The notes beneath the pieces are model-generated. The model was not told the DNA's origin. It searched no databases and saw only the letters and a list, made by a program, of their open reading frames with translations. This document shows, piece by piece, positions 28,601 through 37,645 of a DNA stretch of 64,000 bases. The stretch is from NCBI GenBank assembly GCA_013151735.1, contig JAADHR010000199.1, positions 82,091-146,090 of the forward strand, read 5' to 3'. The position numbers were made by a program, and so were the translations under genes. Within the stretch, counting starts at the first letter, position 1; each line of letters begins with the position of its first letter. This DNA is from Calditrichota bacterium (lineage in GTDB: Bacteria; Zhuqueibacterota; JdFR-76; BMS3Abin05).

Positions 28601-31600
28601 TCTCCCGGAAAAGGAACGAACCCTGGAGAGACTCCATCGGAATTTGGCCAATGCGTATCTGTATTTACACGATTTTCGGAGTTCGCTGAAGCATTTGCAA
28701 ATCGCATTAAATCTCCTGGATTCGGGGAAGATCAAGGACAAGCATTCGTTAAAAGGATATTTGCGCATCGAGTTTTTGGGTTACTCCATCCCGGTTTTTA
28801 ATATCAACAAACTTCTTGAACAAGGGGGAAGTAAAGGGGTGTTAACCGTGGCCGATGAGCGGGCCCTTCTCTACACGCTTCTAAAAAAGAATTATGTCGA
28901 ACAAAAGTATCTCTTACAGGCCATCCGGGTTTTGGAAGAAAAGAGAAGGCTGTTTCACCAGAAGAAAGACCATTTGGCCGAGGCGGTTACCGAAAATAAT
29001 CTGGGGTTTCTCTACTCCTTTTATGGGGATTATGAAAGTGCCTGGAAAAAATTTAGTCGTTCATTTTCCATTTGCCGGGATAGGAAGTATTGGTCCGGTG
29101 CGGTGATTAATCTTAATAATATCGCCCGACTGACCCTTGCTTTTTGGACAAAAGAAAAACTGACCGGAGAAACGCCGCAAACCATTACGGTGGATTACAA
29201 GCGGGTTTTGGCCCTTCTGATGACGGGCCGCAGCTATCTGGAAAACATTCCCTATGGAATGGCCAAAGAACGGGTGGCCCTGTTGTACCAGACAGGAATT
29301 TTGAAAACACTTTTGTATCTTTTGCCGTTGCGCACGCAGCAGGACACGTCATCGGTACGCACGATTCAGCGTTACGCGGCGGCCACAGACGTTTTGCAAA
29401 TTTATGGCCGCGCGCTGGACTGGGCGGCACGGCTGCATTTGATGCGCGAACAAATTATTCTTCGGAAAAATCGGGCGGATATTTATCTGTTCTTGGGGTG
29501 GCCGGACGAAGCCAGAGCCGATCTGCAGGCCGCCCGGCAGCTGGCTCTTCAAACAGGAGCCTCCAATTTGCTGTGGCGGATCGATTTTGCAATGAGTACC
29601 CTGAGTCAGCCGGGGGAAAGGCCCCTGGCACCTGATTCGACCGCCTTCCGCTTGCTTGAAGAAGCCGTTCAGATTCTCGAAACGACACCGGACACAACCG
29701 GAGGTCGCCAGTTTATTGGCGAGCCCCGCCTGGATCAGGAACTTGTGTACGAAACCTACTTGAACAAGGAGGCTCGTGCCGGGCGGGTGAAGAAGGCCCT
29801 TGAAATCAGTGAGAGGCGTGAAGAAAAGTGGTTTTTGGATGATCTGAGCGGATACAGGCTGAAATTGAAATTGGAATCGCACAAAATATTTTACGGCAAT
29901 GCCCGCTATTTACTCCTTGAAATAGCCCGGCAGAAAAACAGCCTGCGAGAATTGTCGGCTCGAAAAATCCCCGATATTAAGCGTCAATCCCGCATAAAGG
30001 CTCATCTGGACAGTCTTCAGACAGAATACACGCAGATGATCCGGCAGTACCTTCAGACCGAACCCGAATTGGTTGCACTTGTTCAGCCCGTTACCATTCC
30101 GGTCAAAAAGATTCAGGCCATTTTAAAACCGCGTACCGCGTTGATCAGGTATGATCTGGGTCTGAAAGACAGCTGGGCCTGGATGGTAACACGCGACACC
30201 GTTTTGCAGGCAGCCCTGCCGGTTTCGAAGGCGGAGGTGGTTTCGCGTGCCAAAAAAGCCCTGGCAATGAAAGGAGTCTGCGCGGAACCCGATTCAAATT
30301 TTCACTGGCTAAGCCAAAATTTGATTGATCCGCTCCTCAAGCAAGGCCAGCCCTTTTCGCGGCTCATTTTTGTTCCGGACAGAAGCCTGCTGGAATTTCC
30401 CTTCGGTCGTTTACCTTACAAAAACGGGTGTCTTTCCGATTCTGTTTCCATTCAGTATGCTGCGGATTTAATGAGTTTCTATTTTCAGTTTCAGAAGAGG
30501 CATATCCCCCAGAAAAAAATCGCATTTGTTTCCCCGGGAAAGGCCGTATTTGATTTTTCGGTTCCTTCCAAAGCAACCCTGGTACGGGATGTCCGGCGGT
30601 CAGCCACAGAGCTAAATCTCCGAAAGGTGGTGCAGGATGCGGATATCATTCACCTGAAGGTACCACTCCTTACGGATCGGTTTCAGCCCATGCGGATGGC
30701 ATTTGGATTGCGCTATCCAAATGTGAAATGGCGCAAAATGTCCACACTGATTTCACCTTTTCCTCCAAACAACGACGGCCGGCTTCACATGCACGAGGTT
30801 TTCGGATTGGATTCCCGGGCAAATGTGCTGATTCTCGAGAGGGATCCTTCTCAAGGGCAGACTCCAATTCCCTCGTCCGATTTAATGACCCTTGTTCATG
30901 CGTTTACTTACGCCGGGGTTCCCTCGTTTATCTTCCAGATGCACACTCTTCCCGAAAAAGCCAGGCGCCTGTTTTTTAATGAATTTTACAAGCACGTGTT
31001 TACTGAGCGTCCCTTTGACGCATTCGAAATGGCTCAGAAGAAAGTCAGGCAGGTTTTCCCCGATCCGGATGTGTGGGATGCGTATCGTTGGTTTGGATTT
31101 GAAGGCATGTCCCCCGGGGAGGAGGTGCAATTTGCAAAGAGCCGGCTCAACCGGATGTTTGCAATGGGGTACCGTTTTGCACAGAAGGGCTACTGGTGGG
31201 ATGCCATTCGCAATTATGAGCAGGCCCTCCGGATGGCCAAGCTGCTGAAACAAACGGCGAAGGTGGTTATTCTGTATCAGCAATTGGTAGAGGCAAGTGC
31301 CAATGGAAAATACTGGCCGCGCGCCGCCCATTATCAAGAGCTTTTGAATCGGTTTTACGAAAATCAAAAAGACTGGGAATCTCTTCTGGAAGGAACCCAT
31401 GCGGCGCTGGTTTTTTACAGTCACCTCCACAATCGAAAAAAAATGGCTTTCTACCAAAAGAAATACGAAAAATTGCTGGCCCAGTTGGGGACGCATGCGG
31501 AACAGGCACAGGCCTTTCGGCAAATTGCGCTCTTGCAGGAGCGAAATAAGAATTACTCCGAGGCGCTTTCCTTTTTGAAAAAGGCCCTCCGGATCTACCA

Positions 31601-34019
31601 AAAACTGGGAAAACCGGCTGAAAGCGCACAAATTCTGCTGGATTTGAGTCGGATTCATCTGAAATATCTGGATGCCTACAGTCAGGCCATTGCGTATGCT
31701 GAAAAGAGTTTGTCGCTTGTTAAGAATGAACCCCCTGCAAAAATACACATGCGAATTTACCAGTATCTGGGGCTGGCGTACGAGAAAATTGGTTCGTACC
31801 AAACATCGCTTGATTTCCAGATGAAAGCGGCGGCGTTGTCTCGAAACCTTGGGAATTTGAGTGATCAGGGACTGGAACACCAATTTTTGGCCAACATTTA
31901 CTGGAAGATGGGAGATTACCTCCACGCCCTGAAAGAGCAGGAGAAGGCCATCGAGATCTTCCAAAAATTGAAGGACCCCCGGCTCTTGAAACTGGCCTAT
32001 TCAACCAAAGGCCTTATTTTCATGAGTTTGAATGAAATTCCAAAGGGCCTGTCCCTTGAAATGCAGGCCCTGGCTCTGGCCAGATCCCTTGGGGACAGCC
32101 TGGACGAAGCGACTATTCTTAAAAACATTGGCAACGGATATGCCCGGCAGGCCAATTGGGATTCTGCCCGAACAGCCTATCGGCAGGCGATAAAAATTGA
32201 CAGTCTGATTTCGGCCAAACGGGGACTGGGGTACGATTTTCGAAATCTGGGTCTTTTCTTTTTGCAGGAGAAAAAGAATAAAGCGGCATTGGGGTATATG
32301 AAGCGGGCCCTTGCCATGAGCCGGCGCATTCGCGACCGCCGGAATGAGGCGTCCTGTTTATTGGGATTGGGGCGTATCTATCACCAAATGGGCCGGGTGG
32401 ATTCCGCCCTTGCGTATGGGAAAGAGGCCGTTCGTTTGGCGCAACAATTGGAAATCCCGGAAATCACCTGGCAGGCCTTTGAGTTTTTAGGGGACACCTG
32501 GACACAGAGGGATTCATTGCAAAAGGGCTTGCAGGCGTACGAAAAAGCCATTGATGTGATTGAAAAACAACGCGCGCAGATTCGGGTGGAAAGTTTTCAA
32601 ACCGGCTTTCTGGCGGATAAAATGGGGGTGTACGGGAAGGTCATCAATTTGCTGGTGCGACAGCATAAACCGCGGAAAAGCTTCGAATTTGCAGAGCGGG
32701 CAAAATCCAGAAGCTTTATCGACATGCTGGGCAATCGAAAAATAAATTTTCGGGAGGGCGCCGATTCAACAGCTCTAAAACAGGGAAATCACATCCAGAA
32801 TACCATTCAACGGTGGCAAAACATTCTGGCGCAAGTGTACCAAACACCCGAAATGACGCCCGCTCTGAAAGACAGTATTTCCCGCATCCGCGCCACGCTT
32901 GACCGCTTGCGAGCCCGTTACCGGGATTTTTTGGATCGGCTTCGAATGGACAATCCGGAACTGGCGTCGATGGTGTCTGTGGAGCCGTTTCGGGTCGGGG
33001 ACATTCAACGCTCTCTCGACGACTCAACAGCGCTTTTGGCGTATTACGTTCTTCCCAAAAAACTGATTCTCTGGACGCTTCGGAAAGATACCATCGCCGT
33101 GTCGTCTGTACCGATTTCCTCCAAAAAATTGATTAATCTGGTCAGGATGTTTCGGGCGGATTTGCAGAAGAAACTTCCCATTGATGACCAGGCCAGGCGC
33201 CTGTACCGTATTCTCATTCGTCCGGCGGGAAATTTTCTGAAACCGTGCTCGCAGCTCATTCTGGTGCCGCACGGTGTGCTTCATTATCTGCCCTTCGGGG
33301 CCCTGATGGACGGCAAGGGCCGATATGTGCTGGAGCGGTTCCGTCTGGCAAATGCCCCCAGCGCCACGGTCCTGAAATTCTGCCTGCAAAAGGGGGATCA
33401 TTTTCAAAAGACAAAAGGCGTTATCCGAAAGGTTCTGGCCGTTGGTGATCCGGATTTGGGTAATCCTCGCTACGACCTGCCGTTTGCCGAAAAAGAGGCG
33501 GAAAGCCTGAAACGCACCTTTTCGGAAACAACCGTTCTTTTGCGAAAACGAGCAACGGAAACCCGGGTAAAACGGATTATCGGAGAATATGACCTGGATC
33601 TCTTTTCGACCCACGGGGAATATGACCCGGTGAATCCGCTTTTTTCGGCCCTGCGGCTGACGCCCGACTCCTTGAACGACGGCCGTCTGGAAGCGTGGGA
33701 AATATTTGGCCTTCGGATGAACGCATTTTTGGTCACAATGAGCGCCTGCGAAACGGGTCTGGGAAAGATAACCCGAGGAGATGAAGTGATCGGGTTATCG
33801 CGCAGTTTTATTTTTGCGGGAACACCTGCCGTGGTAGCCTCCCTCTGGAAGGTCGATGATCTGACAACGGCAGTCATTATGAAGCGATTTCATCGGTACC
33901 TGCATCAGGGGCTTTCCCGGGCTCAGGCCTTGAAAGAGGCTCAAAACTATGTCCGGCAGTACATCCATCCGTATCCCTATTTCTGGGCGGCGTTTTATCT
34001 GACGGGGGATCCGCGGTAG
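25605..34019 (+). CDS. 2804-aa exported PD40/TolB-like propeller - TPR - CHAT (inactive) - TPR - CHAT (intact) protein
   Basis: Signal-peptide-like N-terminus; repeated PSLSPRGKWLVFASDR / PAVSPDGKWVAFVSDR PD40 units; long TPR arrays; C-terminal CHAT with STHG (His2670) and SACETG (Cys2715); internal CHAT-like domain lacking both. Confidence 0.88.
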   Translation: MRFKTQNQFSILQIFPFFAGFLLAVLWASTAVSQEAGLSSYYEKLFSPRLEGLQHLTTHPKNDIFPSLSPRGKWLVFASDRNQNYDIWAKNTQTGDLFQLTTHKSEDTQPVWFPNGKQIVFISKRSDGLGDLYLLSVRLFRGYLLSKKTTQLNDYLGYDGEPAVSPDGKWVAFVSDRQTGRKNIWLLRMKTRKVFQVTTNGGFSPAFSPGGRWLTFTKFSKGRWQIVRIPFSPEEFPVSPEKESVVFSSGNPSGFSAWSDSSHILVVTYPYDTNGDGKKTVSDHGVLVECSSTPPKDGHFDEANLPVFKTSGIWGSYFPVWGKTGKILFSSDFEGNKDIWAMEPFGEIRIPDTPWAISAFAEQKFPLQPVRYFQVLNDSSFQTVWRRARKTYLLQRLFVLRKGLQRAQGSPDFFSQFAFKMGETAEKLGWNNLADTYYSRAIQDGATQTPWALRAQLALWRLGTLHPAAEMVEIDSLLSQTIRDKTSRALLYLEQARLFRKLGKYNQSLERLQSVLNEKAIAVDVIFRAGLMLGEIYTELQNFQLAVKTEAALLRLHPDAFYWNQVVLQKIKWILSQNPEWSDPVQEYQFFIQTYSDIPQLAAWAQYEIGYTYEKQGDFRVAIREFVRTRTHYSTEREAYFRATVGLIAINHFMKDSQALIRVCRETLQKGTLLDSTQVWWVRQNLVRALLNKGEKLLSQNDWQLARSAFQSVLATDSLNVEAHRGIVKCADRGNQLAAVIGHYREKILKSPENDVYLYTLGLAYSYLATRQERLSEEYRLLRLSNRYLENALKRNYRLVYAYLTLGFNYETLAGLERMLKNQKEPLVSRITKGVLAPVFWAVRTLTFQKAPAQHLWYEKAIDLLTVGVSINNEKKNPTLEAQLTLNLANNYYQMGEFGFEKAFHYYRIRMQLDSTFRSVQQEALVYERMGHCAIILENWPEAVKDISKAISLYRQQKNTPKILENTDRLAWAYFMSGEYDLAVENYLDILRTVRTLQNLPEKERTLERLHRNLANAYLYLHDFRSSLKHLQIALNLLDSGKIKDKHSLKGYLRIEFLGYSIPVFNINKLLEQGGSKGVLTVADERALLYTLLKKNYVEQKYLLQAIRVLEEKRRLFHQKKDHLAEAVTENNLGFLYSFYGDYESAWKKFSRSFSICRDRKYWSGAVINLNNIARLTLAFWTKEKLTGETPQTITVDYKRVLALLMTGRSYLENIPYGMAKERVALLYQTGILKTLLYLLPLRTQQDTSSVRTIQRYAAATDVLQIYGRALDWAARLHLMREQIILRKNRADIYLFLGWPDEARADLQAARQLALQTGASNLLWRIDFAMSTLSQPGERPLAPDSTAFRLLEEAVQILETTPDTTGGRQFIGEPRLDQELVYETYLNKEARAGRVKKALEISERREEKWFLDDLSGYRLKLKLESHKIFYGNARYLLLEIARQKNSLRELSARKIPDIKRQSRIKAHLDSLQTEYTQMIRQYLQTEPELVALVQPVTIPVKKIQAILKPRTALIRYDLGLKDSWAWMVTRDTVLQAALPVSKAEVVSRAKKALAMKGVCAEPDSNFHWLSQNLIDPLLKQGQPFSRLIFVPDRSLLEFPFGRLPYKNGCLSDSVSIQYAADLMSFYFQFQKRHIPQKKIAFVSPGKAVFDFSVPSKATLVRDVRRSATELNLRKVVQDADIIHLKVPLLTDRFQPMRMAFGLRYPNVKWRKMSTLISPFPPNNDGRLHMHEVFGLDSRANVLILERDPSQGQTPIPSSDLMTLVHAFTYAGVPSFIFQMHTLPEKARRLFFNEFYKHVFTERPFDAFEMAQKKVRQVFPDPDVWDAYRWFGFEGMSPGEEVQFAKSRLNRMFAMGYRFAQKGYWWDAIRNYEQALRMAKLLKQTAKVVILYQQLVEASANGKYWPRAAHYQELLNRFYENQKDWESLLEGTHAALVFYSHLHNRKKMAFYQKKYEKLLAQLGTHAEQAQAFRQIALLQERNKNYSEALSFLKKALRIYQKLGKPAESAQILLDLSRIHLKYLDAYSQAIAYAEKSLSLVKNEPPAKIHMRIYQYLGLAYEKIGSYQTSLDFQMKAAALSRNLGNLSDQGLEHQFLANIYWKMGDYLHALKEQEKAIEIFQKLKDPRLLKLAYSTKGLIFMSLNEIPKGLSLEMQALALARSLGDSLDEATILKNIGNGYARQANWDSARTAYRQAIKIDSLISAKRGLGYDFRNLGLFFLQEKKNKAALGYMKRALAMSRRIRDRRNEASCLLGLGRIYHQMGRVDSALAYGKEAVRLAQQLEIPEITWQAFEFLGDTWTQRDSLQKGLQAYEKAIDVIEKQRAQIRVESFQTGFLADKMGVYGKVINLLVRQHKPRKSFEFAERAKSRSFIDMLGNRKINFREGADSTALKQGNHIQNTIQRWQNILAQVYQTPEMTPALKDSISRIRATLDRLRARYRDFLDRLRMDNPELASMVSVEPFRVGDIQRSLDDSTALLAYYVLPKKLILWTLRKDTIAVSSVPISSKKLINLVRMFRADLQKKLPIDDQARRLYRILIRPAGNFLKPCSQLILVPHGVLHYLPFGALMDGKGRYVLERFRLANAPSATVLKFCLQKGDHFQKTKGVIRKVLAVGDPDLGNPRYDLPFAEKEAESLKRTFSETTVLLRKRATETRVKRIIGEYDLDLFSTHGEYDPVNPLFSALRLTPDSLNDGRLEAWEIFGLRMNAFLVTMSACETGLGKITRGDEVIGLSRSFIFAGTPAVVASLWKVDDLTTAVIMKRFHRYLHQGLSRAQALKEAQNYVRQYIHPYPYFWAAFYLTGDPR

Positions 34020-34095
34020 GAAATCCTTTACGGATTTTTCCGCAAATGCGTACAATAGCCGGGAGTGAAAGAACCATCTGACCATAGAGGCAGAC

Positions 34096-35196
34096 ATGTT
34101 AGCCAAACGATTAAAGTATTTAAAACCGTCGGGTATCCGAAAAATATTCGATCTGGCCCAATCCATTGAAAATCCCGTAAATCTGAGCATTGGAATGACC
34201 GATTTTAATGTGCCGGAACCCATTCGGGCGGAGGCCAAGCTCTGGATGGATCGGGGATTGAATCAATACGTGAACACCCAGGGGTTACCCGAACTACGGG
34301 AGCAGCTCAGCCAAAATCTTCAAGAGGAGGGCGTACAGTTTGATGATGTCATCATTACCAGCGGCGTAACCGGCGGATATGTCATCAGCATTATGGCTCT
34401 GGTCAATCCCGGAGATGAAGTGCTCATCCCTGACCCCCGGTTTGTTATGTACAGTTTCGTCGTTGAGTTGTTCGGCGGTATTCCCCGATTTATTGACACG
34501 TATCCCGATTTTAAGCTGCGCCCGGAACAGATTGAAGCAATGATTTCACCTAAGACCCGGGTGCTGGTCCTCAACAATCCCAACAACCCGACGGGGGTGG
34601 TTTTGTCACCGGATGAGGTGAAAGCCATTGCGGAAGTGGCTAAAAAACACAATCTTTATGTGATTTCCGATGAGATTTACAATAAATTTCTGTACGACGA
34701 TATACCTTACACAAGCATTGCCAATTTTTATGAGAAGGCGGTTGTTCTTCGGGGATATGCCAAAAGCTGGGGAATGAGCGGTTGGCGCATCGGCTATGTG
34801 GCAGCAGCGAATGAATTAATGACGTATTTCAAGATGCTTCAGCATTACACGTACGTGTGTGCCCCGCCGTTTTTGCAAAAAGCGGCCATGGTTGCTGAAA
34901 ATTTTGACGGATCGGAAATTATTCGGGACTATCAGGAGAAGAGGGATTTTATTTACCACGGATTGAGCGGCTTTCTGGACGTGCAAAAGCCGCAGGGAGC
35001 GTTTTATATTTTTCCAAAAGTACCCCAAGGAACAGCCACGGAGCTGGTTGAACAAGCCGTTAAACGAAAATTGCTGATGGTGCCGGGACAGGCGTTTTCG
35101 GAAAAAGACACCCATTTTCGGATTTCTTTTGCCGCTTCCAGGGAAGCCCTTGAAAAAGGGATTGAAATTTTATATGATTTAGTCAACGGACACTAA
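34096..35196 (+). CDS. PLP-dependent aminotransferase class I/II
   Basis: NNPNNPTG, ISDEIY, AKSWGMSGWRIG (PLP Lys) and HFRISFA. Confidence 0.93.
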   Translation: MLAKRLKYLKPSGIRKIFDLAQSIENPVNLSIGMTDFNVPEPIRAEAKLWMDRGLNQYVNTQGLPELREQLSQNLQEEGVQFDDVIITSGVTGGYVISIMALVNPGDEVLIPDPRFVMYSFVVELFGGIPRFIDTYPDFKLRPEQIEAMISPKTRVLVLNNPNNPTGVVLSPDEVKAIAEVAKKHNLYVISDEIYNKFLYDDIPYTSIANFYEKAVVLRGYAKSWGMSGWRIGYVAAANELMTYFKMLQHYTYVCAPPFLQKAAMVAENFDGSEIIRDYQEKRDFIYHGLSGFLDVQKPQGAFYIFPKVPQGTATELVEQAVKRKLLMVPGQAFSEKDTHFRISFAASREALEKGIEILYDLVNGH

Positions 35197-35272
35197 GTCG
35201 GTAAAAATCCTGCACGCATGAAGAAAATCCCTTGGCGCTTTTTGGGACGTAAAAATTTTTGGAGATTAACAC

Positions 35273-36631
35273 ATGACCGATGAAGTTTCAATTCTCATTG
35301 CGGATGACGAAGAAGATTTTCGAATCATCTTTTCGGATATTATTCAAAAAATGGGCTACCATGTGGAAACCGCCCAAAATGGGCAGGAAGCCCTTGCCGT
35401 AGTGGAACGTCATCCCATTGACATTGCGTTAGTCGATTTTAAAATGCCCGGCATGAGCGGACTGGAGCTATTGAAGGAAATAAAATCACGAAAACCCCAG
35501 ATTGAGGTGATTTTAATTACCGGAATGGGAACCATTGATTCGGCTGTGGAGGCCATGAAATCGGGGGCGTATGATTATATCACGAAGCCGGTTAATTTTG
35601 AAGAGCTGGAGAATGTCCTCCGGCGAATTATTCAGACCCAATCGCTCATTCGAGAAAACCAAATTTTAAAGGAAGCGGTCCGCCAAAAATACAAATTCCA
35701 GAATCTGATCGGGGCCACGCCTCAGATGCAGAAGGTTTTTCAGATTATTGAAAAGATCAGCAAAAACCGAAGTACCGTTCTGATTCAGGGAGAAAGCGGA
35801 ACCGGAAAGGAGCTTATCGCGCGAGCCATTCATTTTAACGGGCCCTGGGCAGATAAGCCGTTCTTGCCGGTGGATTGCAGTGCCATTCCTGCGAATTTGG
35901 TGGAAAGTGAGCTGTTCGGGCACGAAAAGGGATCATTTACGGGGGCCCTCTATTCCAAGAAAGGTCTTTTCCGCCTGGCGGAGGGAGGGACCGTTTTTCT
36001 GGATGAGATTGGCGAACTGCCGCGGGACGTCCAGCCCAAACTCCTGCGTGCGCTGCAGGAACGGGAGGTGAAACCGGTTGGCGGTTCCAGGCCGATTCCC
36101 GTCGATGTCCGAATTATTGCAGCGACCAATCAGAATCTGGAAGAGGCCATTTCCGAAGGCCGCTTTCGGGAAGACCTGTTCTATCGCCTGAATGTGGTCC
36201 AAATCGACGTGCCTCCTTTGCGGGAAAGGCGCGATGACATTCCGCTGTTGGTTCAGCACTTCATTGAAAAATACCGAAAAAAGCAGGCTAAATCCGGAAT
36301 TAAGCGAATCTCCCCGGAAGCCCTTCAGGTACTTATGTTGTATCATTGGCCCGGAAATGTGCGGGAACTGGAAAATGTGATTGAGCGCACATTTGCTCTT
36401 GGCGGCACAGAAACCATTCAAGTTTCAGATTTGCCCGATTATTTGATCCAGCAAATTCCGAAAGATAATCCGCCTGAAAGGACTGTTCTGCGTTCTTTAA
36501 GAGAAATTGAGAAAGAGGCCATCGATCGCACCCTCCGTGCCGTCAAGGGGGACCGGAGTCGGGCGGCCGAAATCCTGAAAATCGATCGGACAACCCTCTA
36601 TCGGAAAATAAAGCGCTACAAGTTATCGTGA
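35273..36631 (+). CDS. sigma54-dependent response regulator (NtrC/AtoC family)
   Basis: Receiver domain (ADDE...DFKMPG...KP), GESGTGKE, ESELFGHEKGSFTGA, FREDLFYRLNV, WPGNVRELEN and a Fis-type HTH. Confidence 0.96.
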   Translation: MTDEVSILIADDEEDFRIIFSDIIQKMGYHVETAQNGQEALAVVERHPIDIALVDFKMPGMSGLELLKEIKSRKPQIEVILITGMGTIDSAVEAMKSGAYDYITKPVNFEELENVLRRIIQTQSLIRENQILKEAVRQKYKFQNLIGATPQMQKVFQIIEKISKNRSTVLIQGESGTGKELIARAIHFNGPWADKPFLPVDCSAIPANLVESELFGHEKGSFTGALYSKKGLFRLAEGGTVFLDEIGELPRDVQPKLLRALQEREVKPVGGSRPIPVDVRIIAATNQNLEEAISEGRFREDLFYRLNVVQIDVPPLRERRDDIPLLVQHFIEKYRKKQAKSGIKRISPEALQVLMLYHWPGNVRELENVIERTFALGGTETIQVSDLPDYLIQQIPKDNPPERTVLRSLREIEKEAIDRTLRAVKGDRSRAAEILKIDRTTLYRKIKRYKLS

Positions 36632-36674
36632 AAATTGTGCCCCACTCCATTCCCATTTCTTTTTAATCTGCCTG

Positions 36675-36882
36675 TGCAAAATGCCACTGAGTGGCAATTT
36701 GCAACGGAAGGCACCGCGCATGTATTCTTTGAAAAACAGGTGGATTCCTTCTCATATTACGCTTTAATAAACAGCAGGTTGTATAAAACAGAAGTGTTCT
36801 TGAGCAAATACTGAAGGCTGATCTGACCCATTTTTCCCGCTTTTCTGGCCAAACACCCCATGCCCTGAATGCAAATAGCCAC
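36675..36882. promoter_or_regulatory. three copies of the motif TGCAAAwwGCCAC (candidate enhancer sites)
   Basis: tgcaaaatgccac at 36675-36687 (+), tgcaaattgccac at 36691-36703 (-), tgcaaatagccac at 36870-36882 (+). Confidence 0.5.
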
Positions 36883-37067
36883 ATTCTTTCCTTTTTGTCA
36901 CATACAAAACATTTTTGTAATCTTTTGAAAATTGTCTAACTCCTTAATAATCAACCGACTTATTTTTTCTGCTCGACTGGCCGAAATTATTAAATGGAAC
37001 ACTATTTGTGGTACAACAGGCAAAGGAGTAATTTTTGTCATCCCAAAAATAGGCCGCGCAGGGAATA

Positions 37068-37517
37068 ATGGCGAAAGAATTAAACGCGAGGATTATAATG
37101 ACTCACTATCGGCCAGTGGTTGCTATTGTTGGCAATCAAAAAGAAGAAGTGGAAAAAATCTATTCTTTATTGGGTGCTCCCAGATATCGGGTTTGGAAGC
37201 TGACGTCGGGGGAGGAATTGCTGAGTTTGGTCAGGAATGAACGTGTGGATGTGGTGATTATGGATTATTTTTTACAGGATATGAAGGTCCCCCTGTCCAT
37301 TGAAAAAATTAAGGGTATTGACCGAAATATCCGAATAATTATAATGATAGAAAAGCCTTCCGAATACCTGGAACGGTCGGCCAGGATGCAGGGGATTTCA
37401 TTTTTTGCAATTAAACCGAATGATCTGAAATATATTCGCGATGCTGTTCGGACAGCCATTTTGAGTCGTCAGAGGCAAAATTATTTAATTCGTAAAAATG
37501 AACCACAAGTTGCCTGA
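37068..37517 (+). CDS. atypical single-domain response regulator
   Basis: Receiver fold with VVIMD and KP retained; the acidic DD pair is replaced by GN and the switch Thr/Ser is absent. Confidence 0.75.
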   Translation: MAKELNARIIMTHYRPVVAIVGNQKEEVEKIYSLLGAPRYRVWKLTSGEELLSLVRNERVDVVIMDYFLQDMKVPLSIEKIKGIDRNIRIIIMIEKPSEYLERSARMQGISFFAIKPNDLKYIRDAVRTAILSRQRQNYLIRKNEPQVA

Positions 37518-37645
37518 TTCACTGCAGACGGAGGTAATGGGACATATCAGAGGTTTTTTGAACACGTCCGGCATGTGTATTAATTGGAAGATGTCGGTAA
37601 ACAGGATTCCAACTGCGGAAATGAAACACGAATAAAATAGAAGGA

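Noticed and set aside
25605-34019. CRISPR-associated TPR-CHAT (Craspase) or other known defence caspase system
   Set aside because: No cas genes, CRISPR array, gasdermin or NLR/STAND partner in the window, and the protein has a signal peptide.
36932-37240. 102-aa ORF in the intergenic region before the REC gene
   Set aside because: It overlaps the better-supported 37068 gene in another frame and lies over the probable promoter region.
37537-37635. 32-codon ORF (MGHIRGFLNTSG...) after GGAGG between the REC and STAS genes
   Set aside because: The RBS is only 2 nt from the ATG and the peptide has no recognisable features; unsupported without ribosome profiling.
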